A stretch of DNA of 64,000 nucleotides from an uncultured delta proteobacterium (GCA_963806225.1 CAWDXG010000001.1:992001-1056000), one strand, 5' to 3'; shown: positions 40,824 through 50,350, counted from the first letter of the stretch. The notes: generated by a model not told the origin, from the sequence alone. A program made the numbers and translations.

Positions 40824-40836
40824 CAGACCGCGCGCT

Positions 40837-42336
40837 CTAGCTGGCCGTCGACGCGTGCACGAAGTGCGAGCGTTCGCGCACTGTCGTCCAGCGACGGAAG
40901 GTCGACAGGACGTGCTCGTCGCCGCTCTGGAGCTTCTCGAACAGGTAGTCCTGGATGCCCTTGTGCACGGCGCACAGATGGCTTTCCCGCATGCGTCCCT
41001 GGATCGACCCCTGGCTCGCGTAGTTGTGCACCGGGCAAACGCCGCAGTAGGGGTTGTAGACGCAGTTCACGCAGTCCGGCTGGGCGTCCAGATTCGAAGC
41101 GACAAGCAGCGAGCGCACCGTGTCGTGCGTCATCAGGTCCCGGTAGCTGCTCGTACCGACCTCGCCGATGAGGAATGCGCTGTCACCCATCTGGTGCACC
41201 ATCCGCCCCTCGTCGCAGGTGAACACCTTGCCGTCGTAGTTGTAGGCGACCTGGCCGATCCCGGCGCCACAGGGCGAGCGGATATCGAGGAAGTTCGGGT
41301 CGTCGTTGGTGAGGATCTTGGTGAGGAAGATGGACGCGAAGCGTTCCAGGACCTGCACGCCCTCTCGGTTCAGCTCGAGCATGTAGTCGACCGCCGTGCG
41401 GTAGAAGTCGAGGTAGCGGCGCCTCTCGTATTCCACCGTGGACGCCGTGGTGCTGGCGAAGCCGAAGGGGTCGACGGGACGCAGGAACAGCGCGTGGCAG
41501 CCGAGGTCGACGTACGTGTCGACGATCTGCTTGGGATAGTCGAGCGCCGCGCGCGTCGTCGTGAGCAGGGCTTCGACGTGGTAGAGGACCGGGTCGAGAC
41601 CGGACTCGATGTAGCGGTCGTTGATGCGACGGATCCATCCCGCCGCTTTCTGGTAGGCGTTGTCGCTCGGCAGGACCCGCTGCTTGTTGTGGAGCTTCTC
41701 GGGGCCGTCCACGCTGGTGCAGATCTGGACTCTGCGCGAGGCCAGGTATTCGAGCACGTCGTCGGTCATCAGGCTCAGGTTCGAGACCAGGGTGAACTCG
41801 AGGTCCTTGCCGTACGCGCGGTTCTTCTCCAGCGCGTACTCGATGAGGTGCTTGACGACCGGGAAGTTGGCCAGCGGTTCGCCTCCCTGGAATTCGATCG
41901 TTACGCGCGGAGACGTGGTTTGCAGGATCAGGTCCACGGTGCGTTCGGCGACTTCCGGCGTCATGTCGGTATCGACGCGGTCCATCGTTGCCCGGCTCGC
42001 GTGGCAGTAGACGCAGGTCTCGTTGCAGCGCAGCGTGACCACGACCACGTGGAGATTCGGGCCGTAGTTCAGGAAGCGCTTCTTCGTGCGCAGGCGCTCG
42101 GCGAGCGCGTTCCGATCGAGCCCTTCGCGGAGGAAGTTGGCGCTGGCCAGACGCTCTTCGAGCGGTGACCCGCCTTCGAGCTCACCCCGGCTGATGCGCG
42201 CCAGCTCCTCGGGGCTCACGAACACCCAATCGCCAAAGTGGCTGGTCAGGAGCACCTGTTCGCCCACGGGTCGAAACCGGAACGGGACCAGGCGCCCCGT
42301 CTCGGGGCGGGGGCCAAGCTGGATCGGAAGGGTCAT
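40837..42336 (-). CDS. hxsB: His-Xaa-Ser system radical SAM/SPASM maturase HxsB
   Basis: N-terminal LVPFRFR..LLTSHFGDWVF, LHVVVVTLRCNETCVYCHASR (CxxxCxxC), IEFQGGEPL, FLRPVDPFGFA, DIRSPCGAGIGQVAYNYDGKVFTCDEGRM, SPASM CVNCVYNPYCGVCP..LC. Confidence 0.88.
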   Translation of the reverse strand: MTLPIQLGPRPETGRLVPFRFRPVGEQVLLTSHFGDWVFVSPEELARISRGELEGGSPLEERLASANFLREGLDRNALAERLRTKKRFLNYGPNLHVVVVTLRCNETCVYCHASRATMDRVDTDMTPEVAERTVDLILQTTSPRVTIEFQGGEPLANFPVVKHLIEYALEKNRAYGKDLEFTLVSNLSLMTDDVLEYLASRRVQICTSVDGPEKLHNKQRVLPSDNAYQKAAGWIRRINDRYIESGLDPVLYHVEALLTTTRAALDYPKQIVDTYVDLGCHALFLRPVDPFGFASTTASTVEYERRRYLDFYRTAVDYMLELNREGVQVLERFASIFLTKILTNDDPNFLDIRSPCGAGIGQVAYNYDGKVFTCDEGRMVHQMGDSAFLIGEVGTSSYRDLMTHDTVRSLLVASNLDAQPDCVNCVYNPYCGVCPVHNYASQGSIQGRMRESHLCAVHKGIQDYLFEKLQSGDEHVLSTFRRWTTVRERSHFVHASTAS

Positions 42337-42429
42337 TCGTGCCTCGGATCCAGCATGGCGCCGGCCCGGGGTAGGTGCCCATGACCGGCGTCATCCGGGC
42401 GCGCCGGGGGACGTGTCAACGTGGGATCG

Positions 42430-43359
42430 ATGGGTAGCGGGCGCCGTCTGGACCTCAAGCTCGGCTTTGCGTGCAACAACCGCTGCGTTTTCTGTGCGCA
42501 GGGCGACAAGCGCAAGTCCTGCGGAGCCCGGCCCTACGACGTGCTGGTGGAGGAGCTCGCGCGCGCGCGACCGGAATGTTCCGGCGTTGTCTTCACTGGA
42601 GGCGAACCGACCCTCCACAAGCAGCTGCTCCGCTTGGTGAGCGCCGCGCGCGCGCTGGGGTACAGCAGCATCCAGCTGCAGACCAACGGACGCATGCTCG
42701 CCTATCCTTCGGTCGTCGAGAAGCTGGTCGACGCCGGAGTCACGGAATTCTCTCCCTCGCTGCATGGGTCGTGCGCCGACGTGCACGAGTCCCTGACGGC
42801 CGCCCGCGGGAGCTTCCGTGACAGCCTTTCGGGTATCGCGAACGCCGTAGGTTCCGGAGCGGTGGTCATCACCAACACCGTGATCACGAAGGACAACACC
42901 GACAGACTGAGCGAGATCGTCGCGCTTCTGGGATCGGTCGGTGTGCAGCAGGCACAGCTCGCGTTCGTGCATCCGGTGGGTACGGCGCTGGAGCGTTTCG
43001 AGGAGGTGGTTCCGCGTCTCCCGGACGTCGTCGCGCCGTTGCGACAGGCGCGGACGGTCGCGGGCGAGCTCGGGATGCGACTGGTCACCGAAGCGGTGCC
43101 GTTGTGCTTCCTTTCGGGGATGGAAGAGCTCGCCGTGGAAGAGACGATCCCCGACACCACGGTCGTCGACCTGGCCGGCCGGCTCGACTATTCGAGCTGG
43201 CGCGTGTCGGAGGGCAAGGCGCACGGTCCGCCCTGCTCGTCCTGCGCCGCCGTCAGGCGTTGCGAGGGGCCGTGGCGCGAGTATCCCGAGCGCTGGGGCT
43301 GGAACGAGTTCCAGTCGCTCGCCGCGGACCCCGTCCAGAGCGGCGGGCAGGCGCTCTAG
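42430..43359 (+). CDS. Radical SAM protein of the HxsC-like type (partner of HxsB)
   Basis: DLKLGFACNNRCVFC, FTGGEPTL, QTNGRML, SLHG..HESLT..GSF, EAVPLC, C-terminal KAHGPPCSSC....CEGPWREY..WGWNEF. Alternative start GTG 42421. Confidence 0.85.
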   Translation: MGSGRRLDLKLGFACNNRCVFCAQGDKRKSCGARPYDVLVEELARARPECSGVVFTGGEPTLHKQLLRLVSAARALGYSSIQLQTNGRMLAYPSVVEKLVDAGVTEFSPSLHGSCADVHESLTAARGSFRDSLSGIANAVGSGAVVITNTVITKDNTDRLSEIVALLGSVGVQQAQLAFVHPVGTALERFEEVVPRLPDVVAPLRQARTVAGELGMRLVTEAVPLCFLSGMEELAVEETIPDTTVVDLAGRLDYSSWRVSEGKAHGPPCSSCAAVRRCEGPWREYPERWGWNEFQSLAADPVQSGGQAL

Positions 43360-43369
43360 CTCTGGGCGG

Positions 43370-43765
43370 CTAGCTCGGGTCGTTGCTGTAGCTGGCGGTC
43401 GCGATGTAGCGCAGCCGGCGCGAGCAATCGGCCGAGCCGGTCCGCCCGGGGCACACATGCTCGCCGTCGAAGCTGGACTGGTGCATGCGCAGTGCGCGCA
43501 TGATGTCGCGCGTCAGATCGTGGCCGCCGTCGACGCAGCGTTGATCCGTGCACCCGAGCAGAAACAGCGCGGGCGCGTGCTCGACGACAATGCGGCGGAT
43601 GTGGCTCGCTTCCGGAATCTGCCGGTCCCCCTCGAACTCGGACACCTCGAGACGCAGACTGGTCAGTTCTGGAACCTCGTCACACAGCCGTGCAGCAGAG
43701 TCCTCGCGATCGCGGCGCTCGCGGGCACGCTCTGCTGCCTGGTGATTGCGTCGACGACTGAACAT
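43370..43765 (-). CDS. Small hypothetical Cys/His-rich (probably metal-binding) protein
   Basis: Arg-rich N-terminus; CTDQRCVDGGHDLT..CPGRTGSADC; purine-rich RBS upstream. Confidence 0.75.
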   Translation of the reverse strand: MFSRRRNHQAAERARERRDREDSAARLCDEVPELTSLRLEVSEFEGDRQIPEASHIRRIVVEHAPALFLLGCTDQRCVDGGHDLTRDIMRALRMHQSSFDGEHVCPGRTGSADCSRRLRYIATASYSNDPS

Positions 43766-43941
43766 GAACCGTTCTCTCTTTCTTTCGTGACCACCGGCAA
43801 CCCCCCGCGAGCCATGATCACTCCGCGCGACAGGTTCGGGCCGGCTCCGGGGCGCCGGCCTTCGTCTAGGATACCTCTTTTTGTCGCCGGTGCACGCCTG
43901 CGCCACGCGACAAGAGGCTGGATTTCCAGGGCATTTCCGCG

Positions 43942-44503
43942 TCAGCGCTTTTTCGACAGCAGGTGCGCGCCGGCCTCCATCGCGACGAGCATGGCCTCGT
44001 GCTCGCCCTCGCCGGGAGACTCGTCCTCCAGGAGCGCCCGCACGATCAGCTCCGAGCTTCCGCTCTCCGTAGGTCGGACCGATACCCTGAGCGCCTGGCG
44101 CTGCCTGAGGCCCGAGCTCGGGCGTGTCGAAGGCCGGGCCGCCGGTGGCGCGCTGTGTGACGGGGCAGACCCGCTTGGGGCCGGCGCTGACTCGGGAGCC
44201 GGGGCGGCAGCGGCCTGCGGCGCCGCGGCTGGCGGATTCCGCCGGAGCCTGGGGAGCCGGCGCGGGCGGTGGAATCGAGGGGGGGATATCCAGCGCGCTC
44301 GTCAGGTCGGCGGCGGCGCGGGCCAGGCTCACTGCGCGCAGGTCCGCGCCGCTGTTGCCGGCTGCCTCGGCTGCGCGGCGGAGCCAGCGGATCGCCTCGT
44401 GGCTGTCGCCGCGGTTCCACATCGTCCCGGCAGTCTGCAGGGTCCAGGCCACGTCTTCCGGATCGCCGGGCTCGGGACCCGGGAACTCGAGTTGAGCTGT
44501 CAT
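43942..44503 (-). CDS. Hypothetical protein with helical N-terminus and Pro/Ala linker (+1 frameshift near 44225)
   Basis: DPEDVAWTLQTAGTMW..AIRWLRRAAEAA..LARAAADL, then after the shift APQAAAAPAPESAP..RQALRVSVRP..HEAMLVAMEAGAHLLSKKR*. Confidence 0.65.
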
Positions 44504-44564
44504 CGGTTCCTCCGCGCGCAGCATACACAAGATTGTCGCGGCGGAGTGAGCCTAGAGCTCCAGT

Positions 44565-45014
44565 TCAGCCCGCCCGCGAGAGTGGCGTCCAGTGCGCGGA
44601 CCACGGCCCCGGCGCCTGGAGCTTCCTGATGAAGCCGCTCGAGGGCCGGCGCAGACGTGCCAGGGCATTGAGCAGCGCGCACGCCCACTGTTCGAAGCCG
44701 TGCTTCGACAGCACGAGCAGGGCCCCGGCGGACAGCGCCTGGGCGCGTAGCGTGTCGTCGACCCGCGCGCACAGGATCACGACCGGGACGGCGCAGCCGC
44801 GTCGGCGCAACGCCTCGATCAGCTCCACGCCGCCCAGGTGCGGCATCGCCTGCTCGCTGACGATGCAGTCGTAGCGGGATGCGATTTCCAGCGCGTCCCG
44901 CGGGTCGACAACGCGATCGGCGCTGTAGCCGAATTCGGCGAGCACCTCGACCACGTTCTCGGCGAAATCCACGTTTCCCTCGACAACGAGGATCTTCCCT
45001 CTCACCCCCCGCAT
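44565..45014 (-). CDS. Atypical single-domain response regulator (pseudo-receiver)
   Basis: KILVVEGN..YDCIVSEQAMPHLGGVELIEAL..VPVVILCA..AGA...LSKH receiver fold, with Glu at the phosphoacceptor position. Confidence 0.75.
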   Translation of the reverse strand: MRGVRGKILVVEGNVDFAENVVEVLAEFGYSADRVVDPRDALEIASRYDCIVSEQAMPHLGGVELIEALRRRGCAVPVVILCARVDDTLRAQALSAGALLVLSKHGFEQWACALLNALARLRRPSSGFIRKLQAPGPWSAHWTPLSRAG

Positions 45015-45238
45015 CGTCCCCCCTTCCATTTCGAGGATAGCCCGTTCGAGGGAGGGCGTCGACCGCCAGGCGCCGTCCGGGGCACCTTGCCACAGGCGGT
45101 GCGGGCGCCTCGTGATCACGCAACAAGCGAGGTCGTAGGCCGACGCGTGCGCAGGATCTTCCGGGCGGTCGTCCAGCTACCTCTTGCGTGGTGCATGGGA
45201 ACCGCGCGGCCAGTGCCCCGTTGCGAGCCGGGTGCAGC

Positions 45239-45254
45239 TGGCTCGACGATTGCA
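45239..45254 (+). promoter_or_regulatory. Putative sigma54 -24/-12 promoter
   Basis: TGGCTCG-ACGA-TTGCA, 57 nt upstream of the acyl-CoA ligase start. Confidence 0.7.
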
Positions 45255-45311
45255 GGGTCGTAGCGGGTGGGTGTGCGCCTCGGAAGCGCGCCCGGAGAAG
45301 GGGGCGGGAGT

Positions 45312-47118
45312 ATGGCCGAGCAGTTCACCAACCTTGTCGAGCTCTACCAGGCGAGCTGCGCTCGCTTTGCCCAGCGTCCGCTCTACGGCACGCGACGAGA
45401 AGGTCAGTGGGAGTGGCTCGGCTACGCCGAGCTGGCGCGGCTCGTCGACCAGTTCCGCGGTGGCCTGGCGCGGCTCGGAGTTGGGAAGGGCGACCGCGTC
45501 GCCATCATTTCCGACAATCGCGTCGAGTGGGTGGTGGCCTGCTACGCGACGTACGGGCTCGGGGCCGCCTACGTGCCGATGTACGAGGCCCAGTTGCCGA
45601 AGGAGTGGAAGTTCATCCTCGACGATTGCGCGGCCAAGGTCGTGATTGCGGCCAACCAGCGCATCTACGACGAACTCCAGAAGCTGAAGCCCGAACTGCC
45701 GGTGCTCGAGCACGTCGTCGGTCTGGAGCTGCCGGAAAGCGACGACGACTCCTATGCCGCCCTGCTACGCCGGGGCGAGGCGGATCCGGTGCCGGTCCGG
45801 GTCCCGCATCAGGATGAGGTGGCCGGGTTCATCTATACCTCGGGCACGACCGGCAAGCCGAAGGGTGTGCTGCTCAGTCACCACAACATCGCTTCGAACA
45901 TCAGCGCGGTGCTCGAGATCTTCAGTTTCGAGCCGGAAGACCGTTCACTCGCGTTTCTTCCGTGGGCGCACTCCTACGGACAGATCTGCCGAGGTACACG
46001 GCATGCTCGCCATGGGAGCCTCGGTGGCGATCAACGACAACATCGCGCGTCTGGTCGAGAACCTGGCCGAGGTGAAGCCGACCATCCTGTTCGCGGTGCC
46101 GCGCGTGTTCAACCGCATCTACGACGTCGTGCAGGCGCAGATCCAGGACAAGCCGGCCTTCATCCGCAGTCTGTTCGGTTCCGGGATTCGGGCCGCCTCG
46201 CGCCGCGCTGCCGGGCAGCCCGTCGGCGTGTTCGCGTCGCTCGGCTTCTCGCTGGCGGACTCGCTGATCTTCTCCAAGGTGCGCGAGAAGTTCGGGGGGC
46301 GGCTCAATTACGCCATCAGCGCCAGTGCGTCGCTCGGTAGCGAGGTCGCGGAGTTCATCGACGCTCTCGGTATCCCGGTCTACGAGGCCTACGGGCTGAC
46401 CGAGACCAGCCCGATCGTCTCGGCGAACCTGCCCGGACGGCGCCGCATGGGTTCGGTGGGGCCGGTCATCCCCGGTGTGCGCGTCGAGATCGACCGTTCC
46501 GTGAGCAAGGACCCCGAGGAGGGCGAGATCGTCGTCTACGGCCCGAACGTGATGCTCGGCTACCACAACCGCCCGGAGGAAAACGAGAAGGTACTGATGG
46601 CGGACGGCGGTTTCCGGACCGGGGACCTCGGACGCATGGACGCCGACGGCTACCTGTACATCACGGGCCGCATCAAGGAGCAGTACAAGCTGGAGAACGG
46701 CAAGTACATCATGCCCTCGCCGCTCGAAGAACAGCTCAAGCTGTCACCGTTCATCGCGAATGTGATGCTCTACGGTGCCAACCGGCCCTACAACGTCGCG
46801 CTGGTCGTGCTGGACATGCAGGTCGTCAGGAAATGGGCTACCGAGCACCACGTCGCGCTGGGCGAGGACCCGGCCTCGAACGAGCAGTTGCGCGAGCTCA
46901 TCAACGCCGAGGTCGCCGCGCGCTCCTCGGAGTTCAAGTCCTTCGAGCGGGCGCGTCGGCTCCTGATAACCACCGAGGATTTTACGACCGACAACGACAT
47001 GCTGACTCCGACGCTCAAGCTGAAGCGCCGCAACGTGCTCGCGCGGTTTGGCGCCCGGCTCGACGAGCTGTACGAGCAGCGTCCTGAGCGGGCCACGCCC
47101 AGCCGCAGCGCACGCTGA
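45312..47118 (+). CDS. fadD: Long-chain fatty acid-CoA ligase (+1 frameshift near 45989)
   Basis: IYTSGTTGKPKGV, FLPWAH, AVPRVFNRI, YGLTET, GFRTGDLG, ITGRIKE, LTPTLKLKR. Confidence 0.92.
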
Positions 47119-47134
47119 GCGGCCGCGCCGGGTC

Positions 47135-47150
47135 CGGCACGCGGATTGCT
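47135..47150 (+). promoter_or_regulatory. Putative sigma54 -24/-12 promoter
   Basis: CGGCACG-CGGA-TTGCT upstream of the serpin gene. Confidence 0.6.
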
Positions 47151-47237
47151 CGATCCGGTGTCGAGGAGTGCCCGCGTGGCACAAAACGGCACAGGGAGCT
47201 ACTGATGGAGGCTACAAAATCCCCGGGAAAGAGCTGG

Positions 47238-48470
47238 ATGGGTCTGCTGCGACTGGCGCTCCTGGCTCTGCTGGGTGTGACGCTGGTGGCATGCGGCAGC
47301 ACCCCTGTCGAGCAGCGCGACCCGCGCAAGATCACCGCGCTTTCGCCCGAGCTGGCGGCGGTGGTCCAGGGCAACAACGCCTTCGCCTGGTCGCTGTACG
47401 ACCAGTTGCGACGCGAGGACGGAAACCTGTTCGTCTCGCCCTTCAGCATCTCTGCCGCCTTCGGGATGACCTACGCGGGCGCGCGCGGGCAGACGGCCGC
47501 GGAGATGAAGCAGGTGCTCCACATCGAGCTGGATGACGCCGCGTACCATTCGAGCTTCGGAGCACTGCTTCAGGATCTCACCGGGCCGCACCGCGGGCGG
47601 GGCTATCAGCTCGACGTGGCCAACCGTCTATTCGGGCAGCAGGGCTTCAACTTCAACAGCGACTTCCTGCAGCTCACGGCCGACGACTACGATGCACCGC
47701 TGCAGCAGATGGACTTCACGGGCGACCCGGACGGATCGCGCCAGACCATCAACGGCTGGGTCGAGGCAGAGACGCAGAACCGCATCCAGGACCTGCTGCA
47801 GCCGGGGACCGTTACGTCGGACACGCGCCTGGTGCTGGCCAACGCCATCTACTTCAAGGCGCGTTGGGCCGCGCGCTTCGATCCCAAAGACACGCACGAC
47901 GCCGATTTCACGCGCGCCGACGGTTCCACCGTGAAGGCGCCCATGATGAACAACTTCGGGACCTACGCCCTGCTCACGGATGCCGACGTGTCGGTTATCG
48001 AGCTCCCGTACCAGGACAACGAGCTGTCCATGGTCGTGATCCTGCCGGCTGCGACGGACGGCCTCCCCGCGCTGGAAGCGTCGATCACGCAGCAGAAGGT
48101 GAAGACGTGGATCGGGTCACTCAGCAAAGCCGACGAGGTGAGCGTTGGCCTACCGCGCTTCACGATGACCCACCGGGTCCCGCTCAAGCAGACCCTGGTG
48201 GACATGGGGATGAAGCTGGCGTTCAGCGATCAGGCGGATCTCTCGGGAATCGCGCCGGGCCTGATGCTGACCGATGCCGTTCACAGGGCCTTCGTGAAGG
48301 TCGACGAGGAAGGGACCGAAGCGGCCGCGGCCACGGCGGCCGTCGTCGGCCTGACGTCGGCCGGTCCCATGTTCTACGCGGACCACCCGTTCCTGTTCCT
48401 GATCCGCGACAGGCTGACCGGGAGCATCCTGTTCATGGGTCGGGTCGACGACCCGACGGCAACAGGCTGA
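47238..48470 (+). CDS. Lipoprotein serpin (inhibitory-type hinge)
   Basis: Lipobox LVA-C; NLFVSPFSI, LANAIYFKARW, hinge VDEEGTEAAAATA, FYADHPFLFLIRD..ILFMGRV. Alternative start 47205. Confidence 0.95.
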   Translation: MGLLRLALLALLGVTLVACGSTPVEQRDPRKITALSPELAAVVQGNNAFAWSLYDQLRREDGNLFVSPFSISAAFGMTYAGARGQTAAEMKQVLHIELDDAAYHSSFGALLQDLTGPHRGRGYQLDVANRLFGQQGFNFNSDFLQLTADDYDAPLQQMDFTGDPDGSRQTINGWVEAETQNRIQDLLQPGTVTSDTRLVLANAIYFKARWAARFDPKDTHDADFTRADGSTVKAPMMNNFGTYALLTDADVSVIELPYQDNELSMVVILPAATDGLPALEASITQQKVKTWIGSLSKADEVSVGLPRFTMTHRVPLKQTLVDMGMKLAFSDQADLSGIAPGLMLTDAVHRAFVKVDEEGTEAAAATAAVVGLTSAGPMFYADHPFLFLIRDRLTGSILFMGRVDDPTATG

Positions 48471-48477
48471 GCCCGGC

Positions 48478-50100
48478 CTACCAGGCCGCGGCCTGGCGCT
48501 GGTAGCGGCTGTACGAGGTCAGGAACTGACCGTCGTCGAACTGCTGCGGGCTCAGCTCGCGGATGCCCTCGCGGCTCATTTCCAGAACGCGCGTGGCGAC
48601 CTGCGAGACCATCTGGCGGTCGTGCGTCACGAAGATGCAGGTGCCCTCGTAGTTGACGAGCCCCTGGGTCAGCGAGCGGATCGCCTCGAGGTCCAGATGG
48701 TTCGTCGGCTCGTCCAGAAGCAGCACGTTCGGCTGGACCAGCATCAGGCGTGCGAGCAGCAGGCGCACCGTCTCGCCGCCGGAGAGGACGTCGGTCTGCT
48801 TGAACGGTTCGTCCTTCGTGAACAGAAGGCGGCCGAACAGCGAGCGGATCTGCTGCTCGTCGGCGCCCTGGTTCCACTTCCAGAGCCAGGCGTGGGCGGT
48901 CTCCTTGCTCTTTTCGATCTGCTCGCTGTGGTCTTGCGGCATGTAGCCGATGCGCGCCTCGTAGCCCCACTCGATCGAGCCCTCGTCCGGGTCCAGCTCG
49001 TTGTTGAACAGCCGCAGCATGGTGGTCTTGCCGATGCCGTTCGGGCCCACGATGGCGATCTTGTCCCCTCGCATGACGCTCAGGTTGAAGTGCTCGCAGA
49101 TCTCGATGTCGTCGAAGCTCTTCGACAGAGCTGTAGCCGTCAGCACCTGCCGGCCGCTGGGGCGCGCCTGCTCGAAGCGGATGAAGGGTCGCTGGATGTT
49201 CGAGCGCTTGAGGTCGGAGAGCGCCTTCTTCTCGCGTTGCAGTGACTTCTCGCGGCTCTTGACCTGGCTCGCGCGCGAGCCGGCGCGAAAGCGCTGCACG
49301 AATTCCTGCAGCGACTCGATGCGCTTCTGGCGGGCCGAATTGGCGAGCTCCAGGGAGGAACGCGCTTCGGCCTTGGCCTCGACCATGTCGTCGTAGTTGC
49401 CCGGATAGACGATGACCGTCTCGTAGTCGATGTCCGCGATGCGCGTGCAGACGGAGTTGAGGAAGTGGCGATCGTGGCTGATCACCACCAGGACTCCGGC
49501 GTAGTCCTTCATGAAGCTCTCCAGCCAGCGGATGCTGGCGATGTCGAGTGCATTCGTAGGCTCGTCGAGCAGCAGGGCGTCGGGATTGCCGAACAGCGCC
49601 TGCGCCAGCAGCACCCGTACCTTGTCGCCTCCCGTCAGGGTGGACAGCAGATCCTTGTGCTGCGCCTCGGGAACGCCGAGGCCATCGAGCAGCGCGTTGG
49701 CCTCGTTCTCGGCGGTGTAGCCGTCTTCCTCGGCGATCACCATCTCCAGCTCGCCGAGCCGCACGCCGTCCTCGTCGCTGAGGTCGTCGCCCTTGGCCAG
49801 GAGCTGCTCTTTCTCGGCCATGGCCTGCCACAGCGCCTCGTTGCCCATCAAGACCACGTCGATGATGCGCTCGCCTTCGTAGCGGAAATGGTCCTGGCGC
49901 AGGACGCCGAGCCGCTTGGGTCGCTGGACGCTGCCAGCCATCGGCTCCAGGTCGCCCTCCACGATCTTCATGAAGGTCGACTTGCCGGCGCCGTTGGGGC
50001 CGGTCAGGCCGTAGCGCTCGCCTTTGTTGAAGGTGACGTTGACGTTCTCGAACAGCACCTGGGTGCCGAAGTTCATCGACAGGTCACTTACGGTGATCAT
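48478..50100 (-). CDS. ABC-F family ATPase (YbiT-like)
   Basis: Two ABC cassettes (GPNGAGKST..LLLDEPTN..SHDRHF; GPNGIGKTT..LSGGE..LLLDEPTNHLD), no TM segments. Confidence 0.95.
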   Translation of the reverse strand: MITVSDLSMNFGTQVLFENVNVTFNKGERYGLTGPNGAGKSTFMKIVEGDLEPMAGSVQRPKRLGVLRQDHFRYEGERIIDVVLMGNEALWQAMAEKEQLLAKGDDLSDEDGVRLGELEMVIAEEDGYTAENEANALLDGLGVPEAQHKDLLSTLTGGDKVRVLLAQALFGNPDALLLDEPTNALDIASIRWLESFMKDYAGVLVVISHDRHFLNSVCTRIADIDYETVIVYPGNYDDMVEAKAEARSSLELANSARQKRIESLQEFVQRFRAGSRASQVKSREKSLQREKKALSDLKRSNIQRPFIRFEQARPSGRQVLTATALSKSFDDIEICEHFNLSVMRGDKIAIVGPNGIGKTTMLRLFNNELDPDEGSIEWGYEARIGYMPQDHSEQIEKSKETAHAWLWKWNQGADEQQIRSLFGRLLFTKDEPFKQTDVLSGGETVRLLLARLMLVQPNVLLLDEPTNHLDLEAIRSLTQGLVNYEGTCIFVTHDRQMVSQVATRVLEMSREGIRELSPQQFDDGQFLTSYSRYQRQAAAW

Positions 50101-50350
50101 GGGGCATCCTCGGGCGGGAGAGACGGGCGCCCTGGTCGCGTCGTCCGGAGCCTCTCGCGCGCAAACGCTCGGGGCCGGCGCGTGTGCGGGCAGGGGGCTC
50201 ACAGGAGCCACGACGCGGAGCGGGGGCGGCTCGGGGAGCGGGAATCTAGCAGACCGCGGCCCCGTGTAAAGCAGACGGGGCAGGGGGGCCCCCGCCGGCA
50301 CGGGGCCGCCCTGGCGAAGCGGACGCCCCCTGTGCTCGAATCAATGGGCC

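Noticed and set aside
40611..40836. Known riboswitch (c-di-AMP, SAM, glycine) in the gsmt leader
   Set aside because: I could not find the conserved core motifs of these classes by eye. Kept only as an unassigned structured leader.
43370..44530. 386-aa ORF as a single gene
   Set aside because: It is a chimera. A frameshift near 44225 joins the upstream gene's N-terminus, through non-coding sequence, to a separate gene starting at 43765.
40611..45311. His-Xaa-Ser precursor peptide in intergenic gaps around the rSAM pair
   Set aside because: No small ORF with repeated HxS was found; only isolated tripeptides occur.
47177..47192. Second sigma54-like box TGGCACAAAACGGCA before the serpin
   Set aside because: The GG-to-GC spacing is 9 rather than the required 10 nt.
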